A DNA stretch of 64,000 nt from Thermoplasmatota archaeon (GTDB lineage: Archaea; Thermoplasmatota; Penumbrarchaeia; JANQNL01): NCBI GenBank assembly GCA_028279585.1, contig JANQNL010000003.1:1327-65326 (forward strand), written 5' to 3'. The notes beneath the pieces are model-generated. The model saw nothing but the letters and a program-made list of their open reading frames with translations. It was not told the origin of the DNA and did no database searches. Below, in pieces: positions 32,301 through 40,600 of this stretch. Each line of letters begins with the position of its first letter. Position 1 is the first letter of the stretch. The position numbers and the translations under genes are program-made.

Positions 32301-34405
32301 GTAACATCACCATAGTTTATACAACGGTCTATTAGGCCATTTTGAAATAACCCAACGATTCCACCATTTCCCATATTGATATTGGAAACTGTTCCATAAT
32401 TCTTGCAATTGGTGATGTTGTAATCTTCTACATTACCGGCAATTCCCCCAACCCTGTGTCCACTGAGCGTACTAATGATGTCGCCATAATTATCACAGTC
32501 GATAATATCTGCATCAGACTCACCAACAATGCCACCAACATCTGCTTCGCCTGATACTGTAGCATAATTGATACAATTATCAATTGAGCCTAATTCCTTA
32601 TACCCGATCACACCACCAACCTCATAGTCTGTGGATGAAATGATACCATCAACAGTGCAGTTCCAGATATCCCCAAAGGAATGATAGCCAGCTATACCTG
32701 CGACATTTTCATCCCCGGTGAAGTTAACATTAGTCAAATCAATATCGTGAATATCTGTTCCTACACCACTTACATATCCGAAAATACCAACATAATCCCT
32801 GGTAGAGCGGTTGATGAACAAACCATCAATGGTATATCCCTCTCCGTTAAGGGAACCTGTGAACGGATCAGAATTAGAACCTACTGGATCATATCCGGCA
32901 CCACTGTTCCAGGTCAGGGTAGGAGTGGCGTCTATGTCGTTTACTATTTTATAATGAGCTGATTTGTTAAGCGTCATGTTCTGGAGTTCCCAGACATTGT
33001 GGATGAGATAAGGATTACCAATGGTTCCATTACCTTGTTTGAAAAGGCTCTCTGCACCGATGTAACGGCAGACCCTGACGTAATTATCTATCCTGATGAC
33101 CTCGCCGAACGGCCCATTGCCTTGCGGGTAGTTCGATGGGTTCCCCTCCTTTCGGTCGGCACGAAGAGCACCTGCTCCATGGACATCGATCAGGTTATAT
33201 ACACCCGAACCCGGAGGCATTTTCTCCATCCATCCATAAGCCTGACCAAAGGCAGCATATATGGCAAAGGATCCATTTGTGCCTGTGGTCCAGTTGTGGA
33301 GCGTGGTCCCGGTCCAGTAGTATGGGAATGTGTCGTTGTTCGCCTCGTCCTTTATCTTAGTACAATTGAACAATGGGTCAATGGTCGGGGTTCCATTTGT
33401 TGTGGGTGAGACCGAATAGTTGACGATCGAGTGAAGCTCTTTTGCGTCCGGAAGTCTCCAGTCATAGTAACCTGCGAACGTCATGGACTCAGCGTGGTCG
33501 AGTGCATCCGACCAGTTCATTCCAGATCCACTATCATATTGCTTCCACATAAGGCCCGTTGACCAGTCTGTGATAGTGCCATCTCCATTGTCCTCGAGGT
33601 CATTGACACCATAGTTGTCTCCACCACGGACGTACTGGACGTATGAGTAATTTGGTGTGCCCCCTTTTAAGGTAGTGCCATAGCCCTTCAATGTTCCATC
33701 TGCAAAGTTAACGCCAAATACCGTATGGACATTGTTCATAGTCGTGCTCACATACTGGGTCGACGACCAGTATTGGGCCTGAACGACATGCTCTCCTTTG
33801 GAAGTGTCCCCGTACTTGAATCCAAAGTAATTGGTATCTATGAAAGGCGTGAGCTCTGATGTATCTGTCCCTCCGGATTCCTCCCACCACTGGCAGTCCT
33901 CTCCCCTGAAATCAATGAGCGAGTACAGTTCCTTGATAGTTGGCACCCTCCAATCACTGTGACCACCTGTAGTGATGTTCCCGTTCGAGGCGTTGTTCAT
34001 AGCCTCCATCCACGGTGCCTTGTCATATCCATTGGGATCTGCCTGCCACATCAACCCGGTGATGTTGTCGGTGATGGTCCCGTCCCCATGGTCATAATAA
34101 CGAGCCTGGAACCCTTCATAGTTGGCATCCTGACCCCAGAACCCTTCTCCCTCCGAGGGAGTGGTAATGATACTATCGGTGTCGAATGCCAGATCCTGCA
34201 TGGTGTCAACCACAGGATAGCTCACTTCACTTGGATCGATATGGACCGAGGTTCGAACTGCAGCTTCAGCAGGCTCGACCAGCGGTCCATCGAGGATCGT
34301 TATGATCCCAACGAAACTGCTAACTATCAACATACATACTACCAATACGCTCAGTTTTCTACCCATAGGTTCACCCCGGAGGTCCAATTTCTCATATTTG
34401 TCCAT
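23381..34405 (-). CDS. Giant (3674 aa) type I membrane surface protein. Domain order: signal peptide, 2x DUF1566 (Lcl-like), three tandem super-modules of GLUG-type repeats (about 100 repeats), cadherin-like/He_PIG Ig domains, CarboxypepD_reg-like domain, TM helix, poly-acidic tail.
   Basis: DUF1566 motifs GDGTITDNITGLMWQ and TGLMWKQ. Repeats of the form NC[ST]N[YH]G...VGG[IL][AV]G with about 28 aa period. Ig-like domains (NDAPSI, NDDPII). C-terminal TM ANIILIIVAILVLILVAIVALLFV followed by about 95 aa of D/E-rich tail. A TATA abuts the first ATG, so the true start may be M14 (MGRKLSVLVV...). Confidence 0.85.
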   Translation of the reverse strand: MDKYEKLDLRGEPMGRKLSVLVVCMLIVSSFVGIITILDGPLVEPAEAAVRTSVHIDPSEVSYPVVDTMQDLAFDTDSIITTPSEGEGFWGQDANYEGFQARYYDHGDGTITDNITGLMWQADPNGYDKAPWMEAMNNASNGNITTGGHSDWRVPTIKELYSLIDFRGEDCQWWEESGGTDTSELTPFIDTNYFGFKYGDTSKGEHVVQAQYWSSTQYVSTTMNNVHTVFGVNFADGTLKGYGTTLKGGTPNYSYVQYVRGGDNYGVNDLEDNGDGTITDWSTGLMWKQYDSGSGMNWSDALDHAESMTFAGYYDWRLPDAKELHSIVNYSVSPTTNGTPTIDPLFNCTKIKDEANNDTFPYYWTGTTLHNWTTGTNGSFAIYAAFGQAYGWMEKMPPGSGVYNLIDVHGAGALRADRKEGNPSNYPQGNGPFGEVIRIDNYVRVCRYIGAESLFKQGNGTIGNPYLIHNVWELQNMTLNKSAHYKIVNDIDATPTLTWNSGAGYDPVGSNSDPFTGSLNGEGYTIDGLFINRSTRDYVGIFGYVSGVGTDIHDIDLTNVNFTGDENVAGIAGYHSFGDIWNCTVDGIISSTDYEVGGVIGYKELGSIDNCINYATVSGEADVGGIVGESDADIIDCDNYGDIISTLSGHRVGGIAGNVEDYNITNCKNYGTVSNINMGNGGIVGLFQNGLIDRCINYGDVTGDDLTGGIVGEGDNLNICNSSNYGDLTGDRWVGGVAGRADDISNIWNCTNVGNFSGNEYVGGIAGRLQIGDMFDCINYGDGDSPQLLGGIAGRLDNASIWSCYNYGKMTGTASSIGGISGTVNNDVTVTNCHSYGDISGLSNVGGLIGENQGTVENCFATGDVGGVDNVGGFVGLHFSGSISNSSASGDINGLSDIGGFVGGSYGSIINSTSSGDASGTSYVAGFVGYVETIISIENCSSSGNATGSDYIGGFAGESDDAIFKYCSATGNAQASSSQAGGFIGYNGGDIYWCSATGTATGTGLADEIGGFAGINSDTIENSSATGDASGDDRIGGFVGDNSGVINNTYAWGEVTGDTSVGGFVGQNSGTISMSYSTRLVLGNTNVGGFCGDNSGTISANCFFDRDNSGTGSSDGGIATWNDDMMMQATFTAKGWDFTNVWMIREDETCPMFDLITYPTPTGSGTAGDPYVITNVYELQGMENDLNGVYIINNSFDASETEVWNGGVGFIPVGTSSSMFKGSLDGQGYTITGLNIYRPRSNDQGIFGTAGLSSSVFQNIHMDDFDIEANSQKAGLAGRISGGILRNCTFNGSIKGNSWRNAGIVGYFAGSEFVNCTNYGHIQGLRSTGGIVGTNTASVFNNHTNYGLINGQAQEVGGIAGSNSKGGQDCINWGNVTHNNDDVGGIFGYVSGGTIERCVNFGNVSTTRDEAGGIVGRIRNTASIYNCVNYGSVTADDEVGGIAGEENGQEIIDCINYGTISGDVYVGGIVGIQDDSDVFDSVNNGLIVANYGVGGITGYLDIGEISNCDNNGDVYYGNRLGGIAGIIIEGSIYNSNNFGDVSGDDYIGGVVGEANGEGLVNYSFNYGDITGDIYIGGVAAWSNMEINNSASIDATITGNSTYGGFVGRNFGSINRSFSTGSVVKGAGTGDTAGGFAGRNEWSIDNSFSKCSVTGSSTVGGFVGENIGRINTSYSIGAVTASSTFGGFCGDNTGGTIRNCFWDTVSSGQATSDGGTGQTTALMQKAATFITPGWNFTGIWSIFEDETYPFFGTYSTLGGSGTVGDPFKIKNVFDLQNMRNYLWANFTIVNSFDASESKFWYDGDGFEPVGTTSTPFTGSLNGQGFVVDGLYINRPSEDRVGLFGQINDQDSKLENLHLINAYIKGDDLIGLCGVFYEGTIFNSSIEGTILGDSLIGGMVGLFENGVLNNCTNSADIEGSDETGGLVGVGDYIDIFGCHNYGDVTNSDTSTGGIVANAYTVDIRNCTNYGTIKGDYKSGGIVGGNEVASIENCTNYGDVYGVEYTAGIIGNSEDIYLNYTQNYGEITATDEATGGITGYIDGFGSLKNPINHGNVTGTESVGGICGYVAESDIIDGYNYGNIDGEHHLGGIAGSSSEARLSNCVNEGLVTGTSIDVAGISGYFSDETMFNCINYGDVTSSFYVGGLVGHSNSATIEMCVNYGDVNCTLSRGAGIVGEAEGTTISKTTNHGDVFGGTDWGLGGFSGFLTLNSYIFNCTNYGNVSSGDDDVGGFVGRMQFSSQVKNCTNEGMISGNEYSGGIVGQSNTGVIQNCTNLGYIFSEHNTGGIIGGNDGTPISNCENYGIINGTGIYAGGINGIADGASVVNSSNHGNVTGDYSVGGISGFQQNTYYFGLINYGTIYATDFMVGGIVGGFAGEIHNCSNYGSVISDEDNAAGIVGYLGSNSMIENCSNHGEIYGAEDVGGIAGYASNSDLKHNSNYASVTGTEDYVGGIIGYFYRFSGSHWATNNQNFGTISGEEMIGGIIGMHRGGDLNFNINYGDVSGEDYLGGISGLHSMGGGNIHNSYNYGNISGVDQIGGICGYLNTGNLQRCVNYGDINSSGSNGGGIAGRSTRELKDNVNFGNVSGDSNIGGMTGYCNKDITNCTNWGDITCVSVNGAGIVGAYGSSRTVLDCTNNGNVTGTANAVGGIIGYFSTGSVINSHNYGYVYGNSSVAGIVGSGWTLTLANCTNHDDIYGTSYDVGGIIGYNYDSDVTNCTNLGSVDGEMNNVGGIIGENDRGSIVTSTNFGDVSGIDFVGGLAGISFDSNAIIEHSCSYGDVSGNNNTGSLVGNNTRTIKDCYAQGDVSGNDKVGGLVGGNQGTIDDAYSSGSVTGTTLTGGLCGENFGTITNCFWDTQTSGQAASDGGTGQTTTQMMTSTTFTGAGWDFTNVWAIENTRSYPYFDHLLEFYYPPQILTDSLPDATEDLFYNQTILFDITIVPSGIPQWSLRTNASGWLTLTDGVLSGTPGDNDVGTFWVEMTITDAFDATDTVNLTLIVLNTNDAPSITTLEQITTDEDVLYEVDYNATDVDASDSQTWALDTNAGWLSIDVMSGVLSGTPTNSEVGSYWVNVTVNDTVGAGDFQYFILTVENVNDDPIIDTVDVETATEDVEYSVDYEAHDIDPTGDTLTWSLHTEADWLDIDLNTGVLSGTPTNDDVGSVWANVTVSDEKGGSSFTNFSIEVSNANDGPVIDTDHVDTAYEDTLYSVTYSATDPDPTGDSLTWSMDSNAGWLGFDAGTRVLSGTPLNNDVGSYWVEIQVSDGLGGQTVENFTLTVENTNDPPSIVSTPVLNATELVKYTYNVTAIDDDLIHGDVLTFSFDSAPAGMNINGATGAITWTPTKDQVGEHIVIVNVTDGDEFHTQTFTINVIDVPEPNEDPIIDMDPSTMVVYDEMYIESLIATDLDGDTLTWSLRTNAGWLDIETGRIVGIPTQADIGTYWVELTVADGRGGTDILNFTVKVWDGITPTYDIDVGPLVYEDGEPADGIVMILDDGTEETTNDDGHVTFEGLEPGTYDVTIKAPVGDYFFTLTVNETGDADYTLPIIEKDPGSGSSSDLGTANIILIIVAILVLILVAIVALLFVRSRMSQDQEEASEPDEVEEEEEVEEDEEDMPKVEPIEVEVLDPEDEGWDDLPDEDMDEELQELTPEEEFEEELAELESIDEDGDEVWSTEEED

Positions 34406-34471
34406 ATATATAGCATTCTAGTCAGGTCAGTTCAAGTGATACAACCTGAACCAATGGCTTGGATCGACCGA

Positions 34472-37375
34472 CTAGTCTGCCCATTCATCTTCATCCTGTT
34501 CTTCTTCCAACTCCACCTGGTCCCACCCCTCGTCATCTGGTTCATCTTCATCGTAATCGAGGTCATCGTCCTCATCGAACTCATCTTCTCGCGGTTCATC
34601 TCCATCTACGCTCTCTTCCTCCTCGACCACCTCCGTTTCCGGCTTGATGTCCTCTGTGACCTCCGCGTCCACGATCTCGTCCTTGTCCTCGAACAGGTCC
34701 TCCTCCCCTATCTCCACATCCTCCTCCGGGATCCTCGGGCTTTCCTCTTCCTCCCTGTTCTTCAGGAACAGCAGGACGCCTACGATAATCGCTATGATGA
34801 CAATAACAGCGACAACAAGAAGGACCAGGTAGAGAGCGTTCCCAGCAAGGTCGCTGGAGGACTGGCTTCCACCATCTTCCCCATCTGTGGCCCCACCATC
34901 CGTGGTGTTGGTCCCACCGTCGGTTCCATCAGTGGTTCCGCCATCGGTACCGTCCGTAGTGTTGCCATCGGAGCTTCCTCCATCGGTACCGTCTGTGGCC
35001 CCACCATCAGTAGAACCGCCATCGCTTCCACCATCTCCACCATCCACGACGACCTCCTCGATGCGCTCGATGAACACTGTTTGCTTGCACACATCCGAGT
35101 TTATTGTGCCATCAGAGATCGTTAGGGTGATAGTGTAGGTCATGTTCTCCTCGAGTTCAGGATAGGTGTAGGATGTCTCCAGACCCTGGCTGACATTTCC
35201 CTCGCCAAGGTCCCAGAGGTAGGTGAGCAGATCTCCATCTACATCAGAAGCTGTATTTGCTTTGAGCGCGACTGATGTCCCATTGACGCTTGCCGTGAAG
35301 TTGTTGTTCACTGGTTCGTCGTTGACCGGAAGGACCGTGACATCCACAAAGGCCGAGACCTCGAGCTCTGTGTCGTTGGCTGTGAAGTAGAGCCTCTCCG
35401 CTCCATTGTAGTTCAGCTTTGGGGTGAGCTCCACGGTCTCGTTCGGTAGGATGATGATGCTGATGTTCACGTTCTCCTCGAAAGTGAAGACCAGATCGTC
35501 CCCATCGATGTCCGAGAACCAGTGGTTCAGGTCAATGTCGTTATTGACAGTGTCCTCATCGAAGCTGAAGTCGTCAACGGAGTTGTTCACCCTCGGCCCA
35601 TCATTGGTGTTGTGGACAGTGAGCGTGAACAAAGAATGGGCCTCCCCACCGTTCCCATCGGCAACAGATACATTGACAGAGTAGGTGCCGATGTCTGCCT
35701 GGACCGGTGTCCCTGAAAGGAGGCCCCCGGTCGTCATGGAGAGAAAACCTGCATCCGAGCTCATGGCCCAGAACAGATTGTCTGAAGTTGGATCGATGTC
35801 ATCTGCGGAGTATTGGACCGAGTACTTCTCATCTTCGTGTGCGTCGAGAACATCGTTGGTCAGGATCATCGGGTCATCGTTCACGTTAATGACCTCGAGC
35901 GTGAAGTTCGTATGGTCCGACATGAACGTGGTGTCGGTCACAGTAACGTTGACCCAGTAGGTCCCAACATCCTCGTTCAATGGGGTTCCAGACAGGTTGC
36001 CGGAGATCGCGTCCATGGAAAGGAAACCTGCATCGGTATCGACGGTCCAGGTAAGGACGTTCTCGTCGAGGTCGATAGCTGTATACGTCACAAGATACTC
36101 TTCATCCTCTGTGGCGTTGATGTCGTTCACCGTCTGGATCTCAGGTTCGAAGTCCGGAGGGTCCACCTCGAATGCGACCCTGCAAGGCCGGACCATGTTG
36201 AAGATCCTAATGATATCTCCCTGGGGTCCATTGCCATTAGGCCAGTTGGATGGGTCTCCGTCCTTCGGGTCGCTCCTCTGGGCTCCTGCGCCGTGGACGT
36301 CTGTGAAGACGTAATTGCCGGAGTTCGGAGGCATCTCGTTCCATCCCCATGCCTCACCGAAGGCTACGTAGGCTCCCCAAGGTGTACCACCATCAAGGTG
36401 TGTAGAGGATGACCAATAGAACCCATAATCCGGATAGATTCCGGAACCGATATCTGTGATATTGAACACATCATCGATCGCGGGTCCGACATTCTGGGGG
36501 TCCGTTGCGTTCGGAGCTTTGGAGTATTCAAGGATACCCTGAAGCTCCTTCGCGTTCGGCAGGTACCAATCATCATGTCCTGCAAGTGTCAGTGAAGTGC
36601 AGTAGTCCAGTGCATCACTCCAGTTCATCCCGGAGCCAGAGTCGTCCTTGGCCCACATGAGGCCTGTGGCGTTATCGGTGATCGTTCCATCGCCATTGTC
36701 GATGAAGTCATTGACACCATAGTCTGTAGGACCACGGACGTACATCGCTTCGCACTCCTTTTCGAATTGGTTCCCCGGTGGACCCACAGGCTCTGCTGGG
36801 TACCCCTTGATCCTGCCATCTGCGAAGTTCACACCAAAGGCGGTCTTGTCCCCACCCATGGTCTCTCCGACATAGAGTGTGGATGACCAGTACTGAGCAT
36901 CGATGAACCTCTCCCCTGCAGACTCATCTCCGTACTCGAAATCAAAGATGTCGTCATCGAGGAACGGGTCGGAAGTGGCAGCGCTGTTACCACAATATCC
37001 CGAAAAGTCCATCAGGGAGTATAGCTCCTTTATAGTTGGGAGTCTCCAATCATCATACCCCGCAAGGTCGAGGTCATCGGCACCAGACACGGCATCATCC
37101 CAGTTCACGTCCTCGCCTGGTGTCTTCTGCCACATGAGGCCGGTGTTCAGGTCCAGGACCGTCCCATCTCCCATGTCTTTATAGCTTGGAGAGGTACCAT
37201 CGACCTGGGCATCCTGGCCATACCATTGCTCCCCCTCGTTCGGGTCGGGTATGTATCCGTCCTCATCAAAGCAGTCTTCCTGGTTCGTGTCTACCACGAC
37301 ATAGCTTGCCATGACAAGGGACGAGAACAGTACAAAGCTTATCATTCCTATGAGCAGGGATGTTGTCTTTCTCAT
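34472..37375 (-). CDS. Surface protein (~967 aa). Domain order: signal peptide, 2x DUF1566, about 4 cadherin-like/He_PIG domains, a G/S/T/D-rich stalk, TM helix, poly-acidic tail.
   Basis: MRKTTSLLIGMISFVLFSSLVMA signal with a GGAGGTG RBS. The ORF track extends to 37528. The DUF1566 region is highly similar to that of the giant protein. The stalk reads DGGDGGSDGGSTDGG... The TM is LYLVLLVVAVIVIIAIIVGVLLFL, followed by an acidic tail containing DEGWD. Confidence 0.8.
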   Translation of the reverse strand: MRKTTSLLIGMISFVLFSSLVMASYVVVDTNQEDCFDEDGYIPDPNEGEQWYGQDAQVDGTSPSYKDMGDGTVLDLNTGLMWQKTPGEDVNWDDAVSGADDLDLAGYDDWRLPTIKELYSLMDFSGYCGNSAATSDPFLDDDIFDFEYGDESAGERFIDAQYWSSTLYVGETMGGDKTAFGVNFADGRIKGYPAEPVGPPGNQFEKECEAMYVRGPTDYGVNDFIDNGDGTITDNATGLMWAKDDSGSGMNWSDALDYCTSLTLAGHDDWYLPNAKELQGILEYSKAPNATDPQNVGPAIDDVFNITDIGSGIYPDYGFYWSSSTHLDGGTPWGAYVAFGEAWGWNEMPPNSGNYVFTDVHGAGAQRSDPKDGDPSNWPNGNGPQGDIIRIFNMVRPCRVAFEVDPPDFEPEIQTVNDINATEDEEYLVTYTAIDLDENVLTWTVDTDAGFLSMDAISGNLSGTPLNEDVGTYWVNVTVTDTTFMSDHTNFTLEVINVNDDPMILTNDVLDAHEDEKYSVQYSADDIDPTSDNLFWAMSSDAGFLSMTTGGLLSGTPVQADIGTYSVNVSVADGNGGEAHSLFTLTVHNTNDGPRVNNSVDDFSFDEDTVNNDIDLNHWFSDIDGDDLVFTFEENVNISIIILPNETVELTPKLNYNGAERLYFTANDTELEVSAFVDVTVLPVNDEPVNNNFTASVNGTSVALKANTASDVDGDLLTYLWDLGEGNVSQGLETSYTYPELEENMTYTITLTISDGTINSDVCKQTVFIERIEEVVVDGGDGGSDGGSTDGGATDGTDGGSSDGNTTDGTDGGTTDGTDGGTNTTDGGATDGEDGGSQSSSDLAGNALYLVLLVVAVIVIIAIIVGVLLFLKNREEEESPRIPEEDVEIGEEDLFEDKDEIVDAEVTEDIKPETEVVEEEESVDGDEPREDEFDEDDDLDYDEDEPDDEGWDQVELEEEQDEDEWAD

Positions 37376-37654
37376 GGTAACCACCTCCACTATTTGTCGA
37401 CCCGAGGCCTTTTCTTCATTGTCGTAAAGATCTGGACGAGCTCGATGTCCACTTCGTACAGTATCCCACAGTGGGGACATGGGTACTTGGTGTTCGTGAT
37501 TCCCGGAACCGGAATATCCTTGCGACAATCCGGGTAAATGGGCCTATCACGTGTCTCGATCCTATCCATAGGTCGGGCTTCCTTGTTCTATCCATCCGAG
37601 TTGAATGTATATATTGATAGACCGAAATGACACCCAAATCGTTCCCAAATTCGT

Positions 37655-40600
37655 TCAGTCCATGAACTCGAGATCGTCATCATCATCATCCCAATCCACG
37701 TTCTGGCCATCATTCTCCTCACAGTCATCATCGTAATGCTCCTCGTCGTCTCCATCCTCATCCTTCTTCCTCTTCATTATGATCACGAGGACGATGGCGA
37801 CAACGTTGATAGCACAGACGACCAATATAGCGACCACACCACCTATGACAGCGTACAGAAGGGTCGGGTCCGATCCCTGTTCCCCATCCCCATCATCGAT
37901 TGGGGGGTTCTGGTCCATAGGCGGGTCCTCGGTCCCGTTCGGCTCATCCGTTGTGTTTTCGATCACAGGCTCCTGGGCCTTGACGGTCACGGTCATAGTG
38001 TCAGTAGCAGACCAGGCACCATCCTCATCCTTTACCACCAACGTGAACACATAGGTCCCTGCCTCTGTGGCCTTGAAGGAAGCGGTCTCCTTTACCTCAT
38101 CTATGATGGATAGAGAGGGATGCGTCGTGCAGTTCCATTCCCAGGAAACTATAGTGCCATCGCTATCACTAGACCCTGTTCCGTCCAGTGAGACCGTATC
38201 TCCTACTTCAGCAGCGACATCGGCTCCAGCAGCAGCGATCGGCTTGATATTTGGGCGATCGATCACAATTACGATGACCGTTTCGGTCCCAGTGGACCAC
38301 AGGTCCAGATCGTCCATCACTCGAAGTGAGAAGGTGTAGGTCCCGGTCTCTGTTGGAGTGAACGAAGGGGCCGATGAATTAGCATTGGTCAGCGTCAAAC
38401 TGTAGCTTGTACACACCCATTCCCATCCCGCGATGGAACCTTCAGGATCTGTGGAATTGGCACCATCCAAGTACACGACCGTGTTCACATAGGCCTGGAG
38501 ATCGGTTCCGGCGTTTGGTGTTGGAGGGGTATTATCCTGGATGATATTGACGACCACCTCATCTTCCAAAGCCCATGCACCTCGATCATCCTTGACGGTC
38601 AATGTGAATGTGTACGTCCCAACGGTCGTTGGAGTGAAGAACGGGTTGTACGTGTCCTTATCTGTGATCGCAAGTGATGCATGAGATGTGCAGTTCCAAT
38701 CCCACACGACGATGCTTCCGTCCGTGTCCACGGAGTCCGAACCATCCAGGTATATCTTGGTGTTCGGGTAACCCGAGATGTCTGGTCCAGCATTGGCCGT
38801 GGGCTTGACGTTCGGAGGGACCTCTACAGTTATGGAGACCTCGTCTTCCACAGACCATGCATTGGATGTATCTTTGACCACTAAAGAGAACGTGTATGTT
38901 CCTGTGGTGTCGGGGGCGGGAAAAGTAGGCATCATTGCAGACTCTGAAGAAAGTGAAACTGCAGCCGGATTCGATGCAGACACGTTCCAATCGAAAGTCA
39001 GGGCGTTCATTGCATCCTCGGCATCCGTAGAAGCGGAGCCGTTCAGGGTCACAGACGCACCAATATAGACGGTCTGATCAGAACCTGCGTTTGCGGTCGG
39101 GACAGTGTTCGCTGCCGTCACAACGATGTCAACAGTATCTGATACAGAGCTCCATCCGAGGTCTGAGTCCTGTACCCTCAGTGTAAGGGTGTAGGTTCCC
39201 TCATGGGTCGGTACCAATGATGGCTTTGCAGCTGCATCTGATGGCGAGAGGTTCGCATCCGTCATCGTTGATCCTGCAGGCTGGGATGATATCCCCCAGT
39301 CATAGATGAGGAGAGATCCCACCGCATCACCCGATGGGCAATCCTCTGCATCGCACGAGGCAGTGCCGTCCAGGTTCACAGTGTTTCCAAGGACGATTCC
39401 TTGATCATCCCCAGCATCTGCAACTGGAAGTGAGCCGGTGGCAAACTTGGTCTCATAGACCTTGATACCACTACCCCAGGATGCACCAGCGATGTCCTTG
39501 TCCCCATCTCCATCCATATCAAAGAACTGGGAACCATAGTAGGTCCCGGAGGTTGGTAATCCTTTATCAGAGACCTCTGTGAAACTGAAACCAGTTCCAG
39601 GGCTTGTGCTTCCATCTCCTAAGTAAAGATGGAGCCCAGAGCTCTCCTTGGCAGCGATCAGATCAAGGTCTCCATCTCCGTCAATATCTGTAAGGTCTAT
39701 CTGGCTGAACATGCCATTGGTGCCGGAACTTGCCATGCCGCCATTTGTCGAAGTGGGTGTGGTCCATGTGAACGAAGAACCTCCAGCTCCACCACTGTTA
39801 CCGAGCAAGACCTCCATCCCATCGTACCTGTCACAATAGACCATGTCCACATGGCCATCGTTGTTGAGATCTCCACATGCAACTCCTGTGAAATCCCCGG
39901 TGTAGGCTGCGGTTGGGAGTGTGCTGGAAACATCGGTCCATCCACTTGCTCCCTGGGTATAGACCCTCATCCCTGTGCTGGAGTAGTAACCTGCAGCTGC
40001 GATGTCTGGCGATCCATCGTCGTTGAGGTCTATCACATCGATGCCAGTGAACTGTCCCGAGCTTGGTAGACCGTTCGAGAAGCTTGTCCATGATATCGGT
40101 GAGGACCCACTGCCCGAGTAGACAGCAAGTCCAAAGCTTGGCTGCTTGGAGGAACAGACCGCGATGTCCAGACCGGGTCCGCCTGTGATGTTGGCAACAA
40201 GCAGATTGTTCGCAACCCCGGACGTCACGGGTGATGTGATCCCTGTTGTTGACCAGGACCCACCTGAGTATTCCCATGCTCCTACGCCCTTGTTCGGACC
40301 TGATGCACTGTTGTACCAGGTGTTCGCTCCATAGAGCTCCATGTTCCCGTCCTCATCAGCGTCTGCAAGGGCGATGCCACCCCATGAATCCACGGTCGGA
40401 AGTCCCGTGGAGGCCGAGGTCCAGGTACCAGCACCGTTGCCGGTATAAACCTCGATCCCTAGGGTGTTGTAGGATCCGTAATCGTTCCCACCAAAGGCTA
40501 TGTCCATGTTCTGGTCGCCGTTCACATCGCCTACGGTGATGAAGTTGTAAGCTCCAGAGGTCGGAAGGTTCGTAGACACGCTCGTGCCGAAGTCATCAAG

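Noticed and set aside
33959-35125. 388-aa plus-strand ORF spanning the junction of two adhesin genes
   Set aside because: Antisense to the 5' end of the giant gene and the 3' end of the next gene, which includes an acidic-tail region read in reverse. Not plausible coding.
37531-37545. Recurrence of the GGATTGTC/GACAATCC octamer also seen in the TA operator
   Set aside because: An 8-mer is expected about twice by chance in 64 kb on both strands. No supporting symmetry partner nearby.
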